Of a DNA stretch of 64,000 bases, positions 27,967 to 37,101 are shown one piece after another. The stretch's first letter is position 1. The number at the start of each line of letters is the position of its first letter. Location of the stretch: positions 392,413-456,412 of the forward strand of contig CAVQTJ010000018.1 in the NCBI GenBank assembly GCA_963716555.1, read 5' to 3'. The stretch comes from an uncultured bacterium. GTDB taxonomy: Bacteria > Chloroflexota > Dormibacteria > Aeolococcales > Aeolococcaceae. The notes below the pieces were generated by a model. That model saw only the letters and a list, made by a program, of their open reading frames with translations, was not told the DNA's origin and did not search any database. The position numbers and the translations under genes are program-made.

Positions 27967-28545
27967 GTGCCGCCTAGAGTTGCGGAGATGACCGGGGCGA
28001 AACCTCTCCAGACGATGCCGGGCGCCTTCGACGGGCCCGGCGAGGCGCCCCAGCCCCAACGAGACCTCGCCCGCACCGACCCGGGCCGGCCGGGACCGGT
28101 CCCGTCCCCGCCCCTGCCCGGAGTGGTGATCGCCTACACCGACGGCGCCTGCTCGGGCAACCCGGGGCCGGGGGCCTGGGCGTACCGGCTGGAGTGGCCT
28201 GACGGCACCGTGGATGAGGCGACCGGCGCCGACCCCGCCACCACCAACAACCGCGAGGAGCTGAAGGCGGTCCGCGAAGCGCTGCGTGCGGTGCGGCGCA
28301 AGGTCGGGCCGGCGCCGGAGTGGTTGATCGTGGTCCGCACCGACAGTCTCGGGGTGCTCAACTGGCTGACCGGGAGGTGGCGGCGCAACGTCAACCTCGA
28401 CCTGTTCTCCGAGATCGATCCGATGGTGGACTCCCGGGTGCGTTTTGAGCACGTGCGCGGCCACTCCGGGCATCCGGGCAACGAGCGGGTGGATCAGCTG
28501 GCGGTGGCGGCCATCCGCCGTCTGGTCGCCGAGCGGGGTTCCTGA
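27967..28545 (+). CDS. rnhA: Ribonuclease HI.
   Basis: 'VIAYTDGACSGNPGPGAWAY', 'TTNNREELKAV', 'VRTDSLGVLNWL' and 'VRGHSGHPGNERVDQLA' together supply the DEDD catalytic residues. The N-terminus is probably shorter than the ORF-track start. Confidence 0.85.
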   Translation: MPPRVAEMTGAKPLQTMPGAFDGPGEAPQPQRDLARTDPGRPGPVPSPPLPGVVIAYTDGACSGNPGPGAWAYRLEWPDGTVDEATGADPATTNNREELKAVREALRAVRRKVGPAPEWLIVVRTDSLGVLNWLTGRWRRNVNLDLFSEIDPMVDSRVRFEHVRGHSGHPGNERVDQLAVAAIRRLVAERGS

Positions 28546-28642
28546 GCGCTCAAGACGGGTCGGGTGCCGGGCTCCTTGTGGGGTGCCCAACACCCGAATC
28601 TGGGTGGTGGCGGCGGTTCGGGAGAGGCGGCACAATGGGCGG

Positions 28643-29491
28643 GTGGAGCAAGCGCCGGAGCTGGAAGCGCGGCTGCAGGAGCTCGAGCGCCAGCACCAGG
28701 CGGGCACCATCTCGGAGCTCACCTTCAACCTGCAGCGGAACCTGCTGATCACGAGGTCAGAGGAGCGGGGTCGCAGGCGCGCGGCCGCCACCAGGGTCGC
28801 GCCGCCACCGGTCGCGTCGCCGGCCGGCCGCCATCACCCTCGTCGCCGGCCTGAGCTCCGCGAGCCAGCTCGGCGCCCGGCACCGCCTCCGGTCCCCGTG
28901 CACCGCGCGCCTCTGGCGCGCGGACCAGCACACCGCGTGCAGGTGCAGGTGGTCCTTGTTCTGACAACGGCCGCTGCGGTGCTGATCGCCGTGGTCGCAC
29001 TGGCCGTCAGCCTTCACCGGGCATCACCCCCACCGACCGCGCCGGCCGGTACCCCCTCCGCATCTGACGCCTCGCCGTCCACCGCGGCCACCTCCGCCTC
29101 GACCAGCGCGGATGAGGTGACGATCGGCGTGACCGAGACCGCCCCGGCCGGCGCCACCATCGACCTGCTCGCCTACTCCGACCACTTTGCGCCCGGGAGC
29201 CTCATCAACAACCCACTTCCGGCCGGTGGCTTCTACGCCGCCGCGGATCTGAGGATCTGTGCCACCACGGCGGCGGGGGTGGACGTGTCGCCCTTCGCGT
29301 TTGTCATGGTCGAACCCGACAAGAGCCAGGTCGGCATCGCCTCCGGGCCCGGAGAGGGCCTGCAGCCAGCACTGGCGCTGCAGCAGATGGCTCCCGGCCA
29401 GTGCGTGAGCGGTTGGCTCAGCTACGGCGTCAGTGCACGGCCGACCGCCCTTGAGGACACCGTCGACGGCCTCAGTTGGCCAATCCCCTAG
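28643..29491 (+). CDS. Hypothetical bitopic membrane protein with an N-terminal SHOCT-like motif, a Pro/Arg-rich linker, one TM and an extracytoplasmic beta domain (DUF4352-like). A GTG start is inferred.
   Basis: 'LEARLQELERQHQAGTISELTFNLQRNLLI' is SHOCT-like. The TM is 'VVLVLTTAAAVLIAVVALAV'. The C-terminal ~150 aa are Thr/Ala/Ser-rich. The ORF-track start at 28445 overlaps rnhA and is unlikely. Confidence 0.45.
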   Translation: MEQAPELEARLQELERQHQAGTISELTFNLQRNLLITRSEERGRRRAAATRVAPPPVASPAGRHHPRRRPELREPARRPAPPPVPVHRAPLARGPAHRVQVQVVLVLTTAAAVLIAVVALAVSLHRASPPPTAPAGTPSASDASPSTAATSASTSADEVTIGVTETAPAGATIDLLAYSDHFAPGSLINNPLPAGGFYAAADLRICATTAAGVDVSPFAFVMVEPDKSQVGIASGPGEGLQPALALQQMAPGQCVSGWLSYGVSARPTALEDTVDGLSWPIP

Positions 29492-29675
29492 GGGCGCCAT
29501 TCGGGCTTCGCTGCACGTCCAGGACAGGTGCCCAGCACTCACGGGACGACAGCCCACGGGTCGATGACGCTGCTGATCGCGTCAAGGGCAGGCCGCCCCT
29601 ACGCTCCCGGATACCGCCGAGCCCTCGATTCGGGACGTTGTCACGTGCCGTGGGCCTCATCCGGAGAGTGTCAGG

Positions 29676-30509
29676 GTGCCCGCCGAACTCAAGCTCAGTC
29701 CCAGCCCCACAGTAACCGCTGGGGGCCGGGTCGATGGCCGCCCCGGCGCGCCACTGACGGCGGTGTCGAGGTGGGAGGGTGCGGATTACGATCGTGAGGT
29801 CTTTCTGATCGCCTCGGGTGCAGATCGCGTCTGCGCATCTCTGTACTCGGCGCCGAACCCGACCCACGGCGTGGTGATCCTCCCCGGCTGGGCTCGCGAC
29901 GGCCGCTACCTGCTGGAGTGGAGCCACCAACTCGCGCTTGGTCTGGCCAAGCGCGGGGGATGCGGGGTCCTGATTCAATGGCCGGGCAACGAGGACAGCG
30001 AGGGAGACGTCGATGCGGTGACCCTCGACCGGCTGGTCGAGGTCGCCGCCGATGCGGTGGCCGCCGGACGGCTGCGCCACCCCGGCGCGCGCTGGTCGTT
30101 CGCCGGGCTTCGATTGGGCGGTGCGGTGGCGGCTCTGGCCGCTGGCCGGGCCCGGGCTTGCTCGATCGCCATGGTCCAACCCGACCTGGACCCGGTTGCC
30201 TATTTCGACCACGCGTCGCGTTCCGAGCGCCTCAATCTGCTGAGGGGCGACCCGCATCCGGGGTGGGCCTTCGGCACCCCGATGCCCGCGGGACTTCGCC
30301 AGCCGGACGCGGCCGCGCTGGTCCAACAGGCACTCGGGTCGTTGACCTGCCCAGCGGCGGTGATCCGCCATGCAGCTCCCAAGCTGGCTCCGCTGCCGGA
30401 CAGCGTCGCGGAGATCGTGGTGCCCGGAAACTGGTACTTTCCACCGGGGGGTGATCATCGCCCCCTGCGCCGGCAGGCCCTCAAGTACCTCACCCAACAG
30501 GCGCGGTGA
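29676..30509 (+). CDS. Alpha/beta-hydrolase-fold protein with a substituted nucleophile (G-L-R-L-G where G-x-S-x-G is expected).
   Basis: 'GVVILPGWARDGRYLLEWSHQLALGLAKRGGCGVLIQWPG' gives a strand-helix-strand core. The nucleophile elbow is 'WSFAGLRLGGAVAALAAG'. The stop overlaps the start of its paralog (ATGA). Confidence 0.5.
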   Translation: MPAELKLSPSPTVTAGGRVDGRPGAPLTAVSRWEGADYDREVFLIASGADRVCASLYSAPNPTHGVVILPGWARDGRYLLEWSHQLALGLAKRGGCGVLIQWPGNEDSEGDVDAVTLDRLVEVAADAVAAGRLRHPGARWSFAGLRLGGAVAALAAGRARACSIAMVQPDLDPVAYFDHASRSERLNLLRGDPHPGWAFGTPMPAGLRQPDAAALVQQALGSLTCPAAVIRHAAPKLAPLPDSVAEIVVPGNWYFPPGGDHRPLRRQALKYLTQQAR

Positions 30510-31444
30510 CCTGTCTCATGAAGATTGAGCCTGTCCTCATCAACACATCGGGCGGGGTGGTCGGAGCGATGGTCACGTCACCATCGGGTCCGCCTCGAGC
30601 AACGGCGCTGATCTTTCAGGCCGGCGCCGGATGCACCCGTTCGGGCCTCAACCAGCTGCAGACCCGGATGGCAATCTCGTTTGCCGGCCTCGGCATCCGC
30701 AGCCTGCGGTTCGACTATGTCGGGATCGGCGAGAGTCATCTCGGCGAGCCGAGCCGGTGGGCTGACGTGAGCACCGAGGTCGTCGGCTGGTTTCGCGAGA
30801 ATTGGGGAGCGGATCGTCCCCTGGTGGTTGCCGAATGCGCGGGCATCCTCTCGGCCCATGTCGAGCTCCTGACCGGCCGCGAGGTGCTGGCCGTGGGCCA
30901 CGTCCTCCCGCCGATGTTCAGCCTCACGGCGACCTCCGCGCCGGCCGGGGGGAGGCGGGCGCGCCGCATCGCCGGTCGGGTCAAGCGCTGGCCGCGCAGC
31001 AAGCTGTTCCGGCTGCGATACGGTCCCCCTGATCCGAGGTTGCAGACGATGTGGCCGTCCAGTGCCTATCTGGGCGGCGGTGGAAGCCTCGAGGAACTCA
31101 GTCGAGGACGTGATGGATTCGGCGAGCTGCTGATTGGCATCTCGAAGCGCGCGCCGTTGTGGATTCTGTCGAGCGCGGCCGATCCCTCGACCGCCAAACT
31201 CCAGGCGGTGCACGACCGGCTCGCCGCCGGCGTCGATTACCAGCTGGAGGTCATCCCACGCCCGCAGGGCCAGGGTCGACTCCCGGGCACCGCAGAGGTC
31301 GTCAAGGCCACCGAAGCGTGGGCGATCCGCCGGCTGCTTGTTGCCCAAACGGGGGAGGGGCCACCTCCTGAAATGGTTGCGCAGATGAGCGATGTGTCAG
31401 CGGGAGTTTCGGCGGTCAGCTCGAGTTCGTCGATCTCCGCCTGA
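30506..31444 (+). CDS. Alpha/beta-hydrolase-fold paralog with Cys at the nucleophile-elbow position (A-E-C-A-G).
   Basis: 'ATALIFQAGAGCTRSGLNQLQTRMAISFAGLGIRSLRFDYVGIGES' precedes the elbow 'LVVAECAGILSA'. 312 aa. Confidence 0.5.
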   Translation: MTCLMKIEPVLINTSGGVVGAMVTSPSGPPRATALIFQAGAGCTRSGLNQLQTRMAISFAGLGIRSLRFDYVGIGESHLGEPSRWADVSTEVVGWFRENWGADRPLVVAECAGILSAHVELLTGREVLAVGHVLPPMFSLTATSAPAGGRRARRIAGRVKRWPRSKLFRLRYGPPDPRLQTMWPSSAYLGGGGSLEELSRGRDGFGELLIGISKRAPLWILSSAADPSTAKLQAVHDRLAAGVDYQLEVIPRPQGQGRLPGTAEVVKATEAWAIRRLLVAQTGEGPPPEMVAQMSDVSAGVSAVSSSSSISA

Positions 31445-31452
31445 AGGATGAG

Positions 31453-31698
31453 GTGAGCATGACAACCGACAAGCAGATAACCCGCTTCATCGAGAGAGAG
31501 CTCCTCGATGGCGCCCCTGGCGGTGGGGACCCGCTGGCAGCCTTGGATTCCCTGTCCATGGAGACGTTGATCGCGTATCTGAGCGACCACTACGGCATCA
31601 CCTTCGATGACGAGGATACGGTTGCCGAGAACTTCTCGAGCGTCACGGCACTCGCCAGCTTGGTTGACGCCAAGCGGGCGGCCGGGGCAGCCCGATGA
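31453..31698 (+). CDS. Stand-alone acyl/peptidyl carrier protein (phosphopantetheine attachment site).
   Basis: 81 aa. 'LDSLSMETLIAYL' contains the conserved DSL Ser, and the composition is helical and acidic. Its stop overlaps the next gene's start (ATGA). Confidence 0.75.
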   Translation: MSMTTDKQITRFIERELLDGAPGGGDPLAALDSLSMETLIAYLSDHYGITFDDEDTVAENFSSVTALASLVDAKRAAGAAR

Positions 31699-33369
31699 TC
31701 GAGGCGACCGCGACCGCGGAGACGACCCTGCTGGATCGCTTCCGGCGGTTGGCGGCGGAGGGAGGGGGGGAAGCTCGTCTTCCATCAGGAGGCCGGACCG
31801 GTATCGATCTCGATTGCGGAGCTGTATCCGAGAGCGCTGCTCCGAGCTTCCCAGCTCGCTGCGCAGGGGGTGGGACGGGGTGACGCGGTGGGCGTGGTGG
31901 GGCGCAATGCTCCGGAATGGGCGGAATGGGCCTGGGGCATCTGGCTCGCCGGAGCCGCCCTGGTCCCGCTGCCCGCCCCAGTGCGCGTTCGAGATCGCAA
32001 CGCCTTTGTCCATCAGGTCGGCACGTTCCTCGAGGCCTCGGGGTGCACCCACGTGGTCGGCGAAGCCCGGTATCTCGATGCGCTGGCTCCGGAGCGGTGC
32101 GTCCTGATCAACTGGTCTGTCGAGCCCACGGGGGTCGCAGCCGCTGTGCCTGCCGAGCCGGCGCCTTCCGAGACGGCTCTGGTGATGTGCACGTCTGGAA
32201 GCACTGCCGAGCCCAAGGGGATCCGGGTCAGCCACGCCATGCTGCTGGCGCGGTCGGAAGCGGTCAAGATCGGGGAATTCCTCGGCATCGAGGGACCGGT
32301 TGTCAGCGTGTCCTGGCTTCCCTTCTATCATGTCGGCGGCCTGTCCGCGATCTCCATGCTATCGTCGGAAACCGCGGACCGACACATACTCCCGGTGGAG
32401 CGCTTCGTGAGCGATCCGGCCGAGTGGTTGCGCCTGGTGAGCCTCACCCGCGCGCACCTCACCGGGGGCCCATCCTCGGGATGGGCGGCCGCAGTCAGGG
32501 CGCTGGCGCACCGACCCGGCGAGATCGACCTCTCCTGCATCCGATTCGCCGGGTTCAGCCTCGAGATGGTCGATCCTGACGTCGTGGAAAGGGTGATCGA
32601 GGTCTGCCGGCCGCTGGGATTGCGTCCGGAGACCCTCTCGGCGGCGTATGGACTGTCGGAGGCCGGTGGCGGAACGATGACGCCCCCAGGGAAGGGGATC
32701 AGGATCGACACCGTCGACCTCGATGCGCTGGTGAGCTTGGACACGGCGTTGCCGCCAAAGCCGGGCCGTCCTGTGAAGCGGATCGCCTCCTGCGGATCGG
32801 TGACGCCCAGGACCGACCTGGTGATCGGGTCGCCGCTGGCCCCCCTTCCGGAGCGTCATGTGGGTGAGATCCACCTCCGCAACGCTGCCTCCACGGACGG
32901 ATACGTCAACACCGGCAATGACAATCTGTTCATCGACGGGTGGCTGCGCACCGGTGACCTCGGATACGTGGCCGATGGCGAGCTGTTCATCACCGGTCGT
33001 TCCAAGGAGATGATCGTTCACCTGGGACGCAACTACTACCCGCAGGACGTCGAGTGGGCGGTGTTGCGGGCCACCGGCGCGGCGGCCAACAGCTGCGTCG
33101 CCTTCTCGCCCGTCCGGGGTGAGGAGGGGGATGTCATCGTGGTCCTCGAGGAGGTGCCCGGGACCGATCGGAAGGATCTCCCCGCGATCGCGCGTGCCGC
33201 CGTGGTCAACGCCGTGGGGCTGACCCCGCGAGAGGTTCTGGTGGTCGCGCGGGGCAGCATCCCCACCGCCCACAACGGCAAGCTTCAGCGGCTCCGTGCA
33301 CGGGAGATGTTCGACCGGGGACAGCTCGACGCTGAGCCTGCTGCCGCTCGACTCGCGCCCAAGCCATAG
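31695..33369 (+). CDS. Fatty-acyl-AMP ligase / acyl-CoA-synthetase-like adenylating enzyme, with a frameshift at a G7 run (31764-31770).
   Basis: The adenylation motifs are 'LVMCTSGSTAEPKGIRVSH', 'YGLSEAGGG', 'LRTGDLGYV' and 'ITGRSKEMIVHLGRNYYPQDVE'. The FAAL-like 'FHQEAGPVSISIAELYPRALLRASQLAAQGVGRGDAVGVV' N-terminus is in frame +1 relative to the ATG at 31695. Confidence 0.7.
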
Positions 33370-33506
33370 GCGCAAGTCCCAGGGCGCCGGAGGACATCGG
33401 GGGCGGCCCAGAGGTCGCCCCGCCCAGGACCGCGTGATGGCCCATTCACGGGCGGTGGCCCCACTGCATACGCTCGCGGTGGCCGCTTGACCTTGAGGGG
33501 ATTCGT

Positions 33507-35573
33507 TTGGACATCGGATGGGCGGGAACTCTGCTGCTCGCCACGACCGGCGCGATCGTGGGGGCAGCTTCGCTCTACCTTCTGGGACTTGCGCTTGCGG
33601 CCCTGCGCCCACCGCGGGCCGCCCCCCTGGGTGGCGGCCACAGCCGCCTCGCCGTCATCGTGCCCGCCCACAACGAGGCCGAGCTGCTGCCCCGCTGCCT
33701 GGCTTCGCTGCGCGCCCAGGACTATCCCCCAGATCGTTTCGAGGTCCTCGTCGTCGCCGACAACTGCACCGACAGCACCGCCGCCGTGGCTCGGGACGGG
33801 GGTGCGCGGGTTCTGGTTCGCGACCAGCCGGACCTGCGCGGCAAGGGCCGGGCGCTGCGCTGGGCCATGGACAGCCTGCTGAGCTCGGCGAACCCGCCCG
33901 ATGCGGTGGTGGTCGTCGACGCCGACTCGGTGGCGGACACCGCCTTGCTCCGGTCCCTGGAGGGCGCCATGCTCGCCGGAGCCGAGGCCGTGCAGGCCGA
34001 GTACCTCGCCCTGGGCGAGGCGTCGTCGGGCGCCACGCTGCGCCAGGCGTCGTTTCTGCTCTTCCACCGCACGCGATTTGCCGGAAGGGCGGCGCTGGGA
34101 ATGGCCTGCAGCCTGGTCGGCAACGGAATGCTCTTCACCCGATCGCTGCTCGAGAGGATGCCGTGGAACGCATTCACGGGCGCGGAGGACCTGGAGTATT
34201 CGACCGAGCTCCGCCTTCGCGGGGTCCGGCCGGTCTTCACCTCCGCGGCGGGGGTGGCGGCTCCGGCCGCCGGGTTCGGGAGGGGGGCCGCGACTCAGCG
34301 GATGCGCTGGGAGGGAGGCCGGTTCCACGTCGCCCGGACCCGACTTCCCGACCTGATGACCTCAGCCGTCCGCCGCCGCGACTGGTCGCTCCTGGACGCC
34401 GCGGCCGACCTGGCGGTGCCCCCCCTCGGGCTGCTGGTCATGCTCGCCCTCCTGGGCGGCGCGGCCGGCCTCGCCCTTTGGGTCGCCGGGCTCACCCCGC
34501 TGTGGGTGGGGATCATCTGGTGGGCGGCGCTGCTGGCGATTGCCGGACACGTCCTCATCGGCCTGCGCGCGGCAAGAGCGCCGGCCTCGGCCTATCGGGC
34601 GCTGCTGCAGACGCCACGCTTCCTGGTCGTCAAGCTCGGCACCTACCTGCGGATGTCGCGGGGCCTGCGGGCCGACCGATGGGAGCGCACCGAACGCCCA
34701 TCGGAGGCGGGCCACGGCGTCGACCGACCGAACCCGCCGACCGGCGCGCAGCGGCTCAACGTCTGCGGGGTGCCCATCGACCCGGTTGACCGGGCCCAGG
34801 CGGTGGACCGCATCCTGGCCTCCGTGGGATCGGGGAGCGTTCTCCAGGTGTGCACCGTCAACCTCCAATTCCTGGTCACGGCCCGGAGGCGGCCGGAGGT
34901 TCGGCGAGCTCTCGGCGATGCCGGTCTCAACCTGGCCGACGGCGCGCCGGTCACCTGGCTGGCCCGGCTGCTCGGGCGACCCCTGCCCGGCCGCGTGGCC
35001 GGCGCCGACCTGGTCCCGGCGCTGGCGGCTCGATCGGCCCAGACGGGGGCCCGACTCTTCCTGCTGGGTGGCAGGGATGGCGCCGCTGTCGATGCCGCGG
35101 CGGCACTGCGCCGGGAGCACCCCGACCTCATCGTATGCGGCATTCATGAACCGCCCTTCGCATCGGTCGCGGAGATGGACGACGCGGCCCTCCTCAGCCG
35201 TGTGGAGGAAGCGGCTGCCGACATCCTGCTGGTCGGTTTTGGACATCCCAAGCAGGATCTCTGGATCGCGGCGCACCGGGACATGCTTCCGGTCTCGGTG
35301 GCGATCGGGGTGGGAGGCACCTTCGACCTTCTGGCGGGGCGTCTGCGCCGCGCTCCCCGGTGGGCACGGAGGAGTGGGCTCGAGTGGTGCTTCCGACTGG
35401 CGCAGGAGCCGCGCCGGCTGGCGCTCCGCTACGCAGCCTGCGCGACCTGGCTGATCGGCGTGCTCGTGCCCATGGCAGCGTGGCAGCGAATTGCCGGCGC
35501 CAACGTCACCACGGCGGCCACGGGCTCCGAGGTGGTGGCGGTCGAAGCCCAGGGCGGGAGCGTGTACCCGTGA
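33507..35573 (+). CDS. Two-domain glycosyltransferase: an N-terminal GT2 (PgaC/N-acetylglucosaminyltransferase-like, multi-TM) fused to a C-terminal WecB/TagA/CpsF (GT26) domain.
   Basis: The GT2 part reads 'LAVIVPAHNEAELLPRCLASLRAQDYPPDRFEVLVVADNCTDSTAAVA', 'VVVDADS' and 'QRMRWEGG' (a QxxRW-like motif), followed by TM helices. The GT26 part reads 'LNVCGVPIDPVD', 'LQVCTVNLQFLV', 'LADGAPVTWLARLLG' and 'LLVGFGHPKQDLWIAAH'. Confidence 0.75.
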   Translation: MDIGWAGTLLLATTGAIVGAASLYLLGLALAALRPPRAAPLGGGHSRLAVIVPAHNEAELLPRCLASLRAQDYPPDRFEVLVVADNCTDSTAAVARDGGARVLVRDQPDLRGKGRALRWAMDSLLSSANPPDAVVVVDADSVADTALLRSLEGAMLAGAEAVQAEYLALGEASSGATLRQASFLLFHRTRFAGRAALGMACSLVGNGMLFTRSLLERMPWNAFTGAEDLEYSTELRLRGVRPVFTSAAGVAAPAAGFGRGAATQRMRWEGGRFHVARTRLPDLMTSAVRRRDWSLLDAAADLAVPPLGLLVMLALLGGAAGLALWVAGLTPLWVGIIWWAALLAIAGHVLIGLRAARAPASAYRALLQTPRFLVVKLGTYLRMSRGLRADRWERTERPSEAGHGVDRPNPPTGAQRLNVCGVPIDPVDRAQAVDRILASVGSGSVLQVCTVNLQFLVTARRRPEVRRALGDAGLNLADGAPVTWLARLLGRPLPGRVAGADLVPALAARSAQTGARLFLLGGRDGAAVDAAAALRREHPDLIVCGIHEPPFASVAEMDDAALLSRVEEAAADILLVGFGHPKQDLWIAAHRDMLPVSVAIGVGGTFDLLAGRLRRAPRWARRSGLEWCFRLAQEPRRLALRYAACATWLIGVLVPMAAWQRIAGANVTTAATGSEVVAVEAQGGSVYP

Positions 35574-36778
35574 GCGGCGCCGTGGGATCGGCGGAGCTGC
35601 CCGCACGAGCTTCCCGCCGCCTCGACGGCGTGGACGGCCTGCGCGCCCTGGCAGCCCTCTGGGTCGTGCTGTTCCACATCCGGGCCTTCAGCGGAGCGCG
35701 TCTCGGACCGCTGGACATCCTCGTCCGCAGCGGCTCCACCGGAGTCAGCCTGTTCCTGGTCCTGAGCGGTTTCTGCCTCTACATTCCGGTCGCCCGTGCA
35801 GGGACCCAGAGCTTCGGGGTGGGCCGCTTCCTGCGCCGCCGCGCCACCCGCCTCCTCCCGGCCTATTACGTCTCCCTGATCATCATCCTGGCGGTGACCG
35901 TGGTGGCCGCCGGCCCCCTGGGCCTCGCTCCCCTGAGCGGCACCCAGATCGCGATCCAGGCCGCGACCCACCTGACCATGACCCACTCGCTATTTCCCAG
36001 CACCTTCTATGCCCTGAACGGGGCCTATTGGTCGCTGGGGCTCGAATGGCAGCTCTACCTGGCCCTGCCGATTCTCGTCTTCGGTGTGCGCAGGTTCGGT
36101 TTTGCCCGTACCATCGCGGCGGCAGTCATGGTCAACGTCGCATACCGCCTCGGCCTGCAGTTCGCCTTCGACCTCCATGCCGTCTCCCCCACCTCGCCCC
36201 TCGGCCAGGACGTGCTGCCCAACCTGCTCCCCGGCCGCTGGGCGGAGTTCGCGTTCGGCATGGTCGCCGCTCAGCTGTATGCGTCCCGGCGGATCGCGCT
36301 GTGGGCTCACCGATCCGGCTGGGCGGTGCTCGGGCTCATCCCCCTGACCGGGCTGTCGCTGATCTCGGTCGGAAGCCCCCTCGAGCACCTGCTGTTCGGA
36401 GCTGACTTCTTTCTGCTTCTCTGCATCGTCCTGGCACGTGAGAACTGGGTGTCGCGGATCGTGTCCTGGCGTCCGCTGGCCGCGGTGGGGGTGATGTCGT
36501 ACAGCCTCTATCTGGTCCACCAGCCGATTGTCGCCTCGCTCTCCGCCATCTTTCTGCGGCTCGGCGGATCGCCGCGACTGGTGTTCCTGGAGGTGCTCCT
36601 GCTCCTGCCCGCGATCATCGGCGTTGCCTGGCTGCTCTTCGTCACGGTGGAGCGCCGCACCCTCCGCGCCTCCGGCTCGGCGGAGCCGGGAAGTCCTGAG
36701 GCCCTGCTGCTCACGCCGCTGAATCTCCTCAAGCGTCGTCGCGGCGTGGTGACCCCCACCGTCGTCGACGCCGCATGA
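35570..36778 (+). CDS. Acyltransferase family 3 (OatA-like membrane O-acyltransferase). A GTG start overlaps the upstream stop (GTGA).
   Basis: 'LDGVDGLRALAALWVVLFHI', 'STGVSLFLVLSGF' and 'ATRLLPAYY' are conserved AT3 motifs. It has about 10 TM helices. Confidence 0.8.
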   Translation: MSGAVGSAELPARASRRLDGVDGLRALAALWVVLFHIRAFSGARLGPLDILVRSGSTGVSLFLVLSGFCLYIPVARAGTQSFGVGRFLRRRATRLLPAYYVSLIIILAVTVVAAGPLGLAPLSGTQIAIQAATHLTMTHSLFPSTFYALNGAYWSLGLEWQLYLALPILVFGVRRFGFARTIAAAVMVNVAYRLGLQFAFDLHAVSPTSPLGQDVLPNLLPGRWAEFAFGMVAAQLYASRRIALWAHRSGWAVLGLIPLTGLSLISVGSPLEHLLFGADFFLLLCIVLARENWVSRIVSWRPLAAVGVMSYSLYLVHQPIVASLSAIFLRLGGSPRLVFLEVLLLLPAIIGVAWLLFVTVERRTLRASGSAEPGSPEALLLTPLNLLKRRRGVVTPTVVDAA

Positions 36779-37101
36779 GCGGGCCGAACCGGAGGGGGAC
36801 GCCGCGCTACGTGGTGCGGATGACCCTGGCTGGGGGGTCCAGCACGGATCTCACCTCCGACCTGCCCTGGCGCGAGGCTCGGGGGGCCCTGACCATGGTG
36901 CGCCGCATCTTCGGCCATCCCGACGCGCGGGCCGAGGGCTGGATCGCCTCTTCGATGCACCACGGCTTCGGGGCCTCGAAGGGCGATGTCTCGGTCAGCT
37001 TCACCGTCGAGGACGTCGGTCCCATCGATCTGGTGGGTCGTGCCGGCGCGGAACGCCGCCGGGGGTCAGAGCGATTGTCGATCGAGCAGCGCAGCGGCTG
37101 A
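36775..37101 (+). CDS. Hypothetical small protein, possibly translationally coupled to the acyltransferase by an ATGA overlap.
   Basis: 108-aa ORF of moderate complexity. Uncertain. Confidence 0.3.
   Translation: MSGPNRRGTPRYVVRMTLAGGSSTDLTSDLPWREARGALTMVRRIFGHPDARAEGWIASSMHHGFGASKGDVSVSFTVEDVGPIDLVGRAGAERRRGSERLSIEQRSG

Noticed and set aside
29472-30497. 341-aa - strand ORF opposite the first alpha/beta-hydrolase-like gene
   Set aside because: The + strand ORF has fold-like periodicity and is translationally coupled to its paralog. The - strand product is Arg/Gly-rich without motifs.
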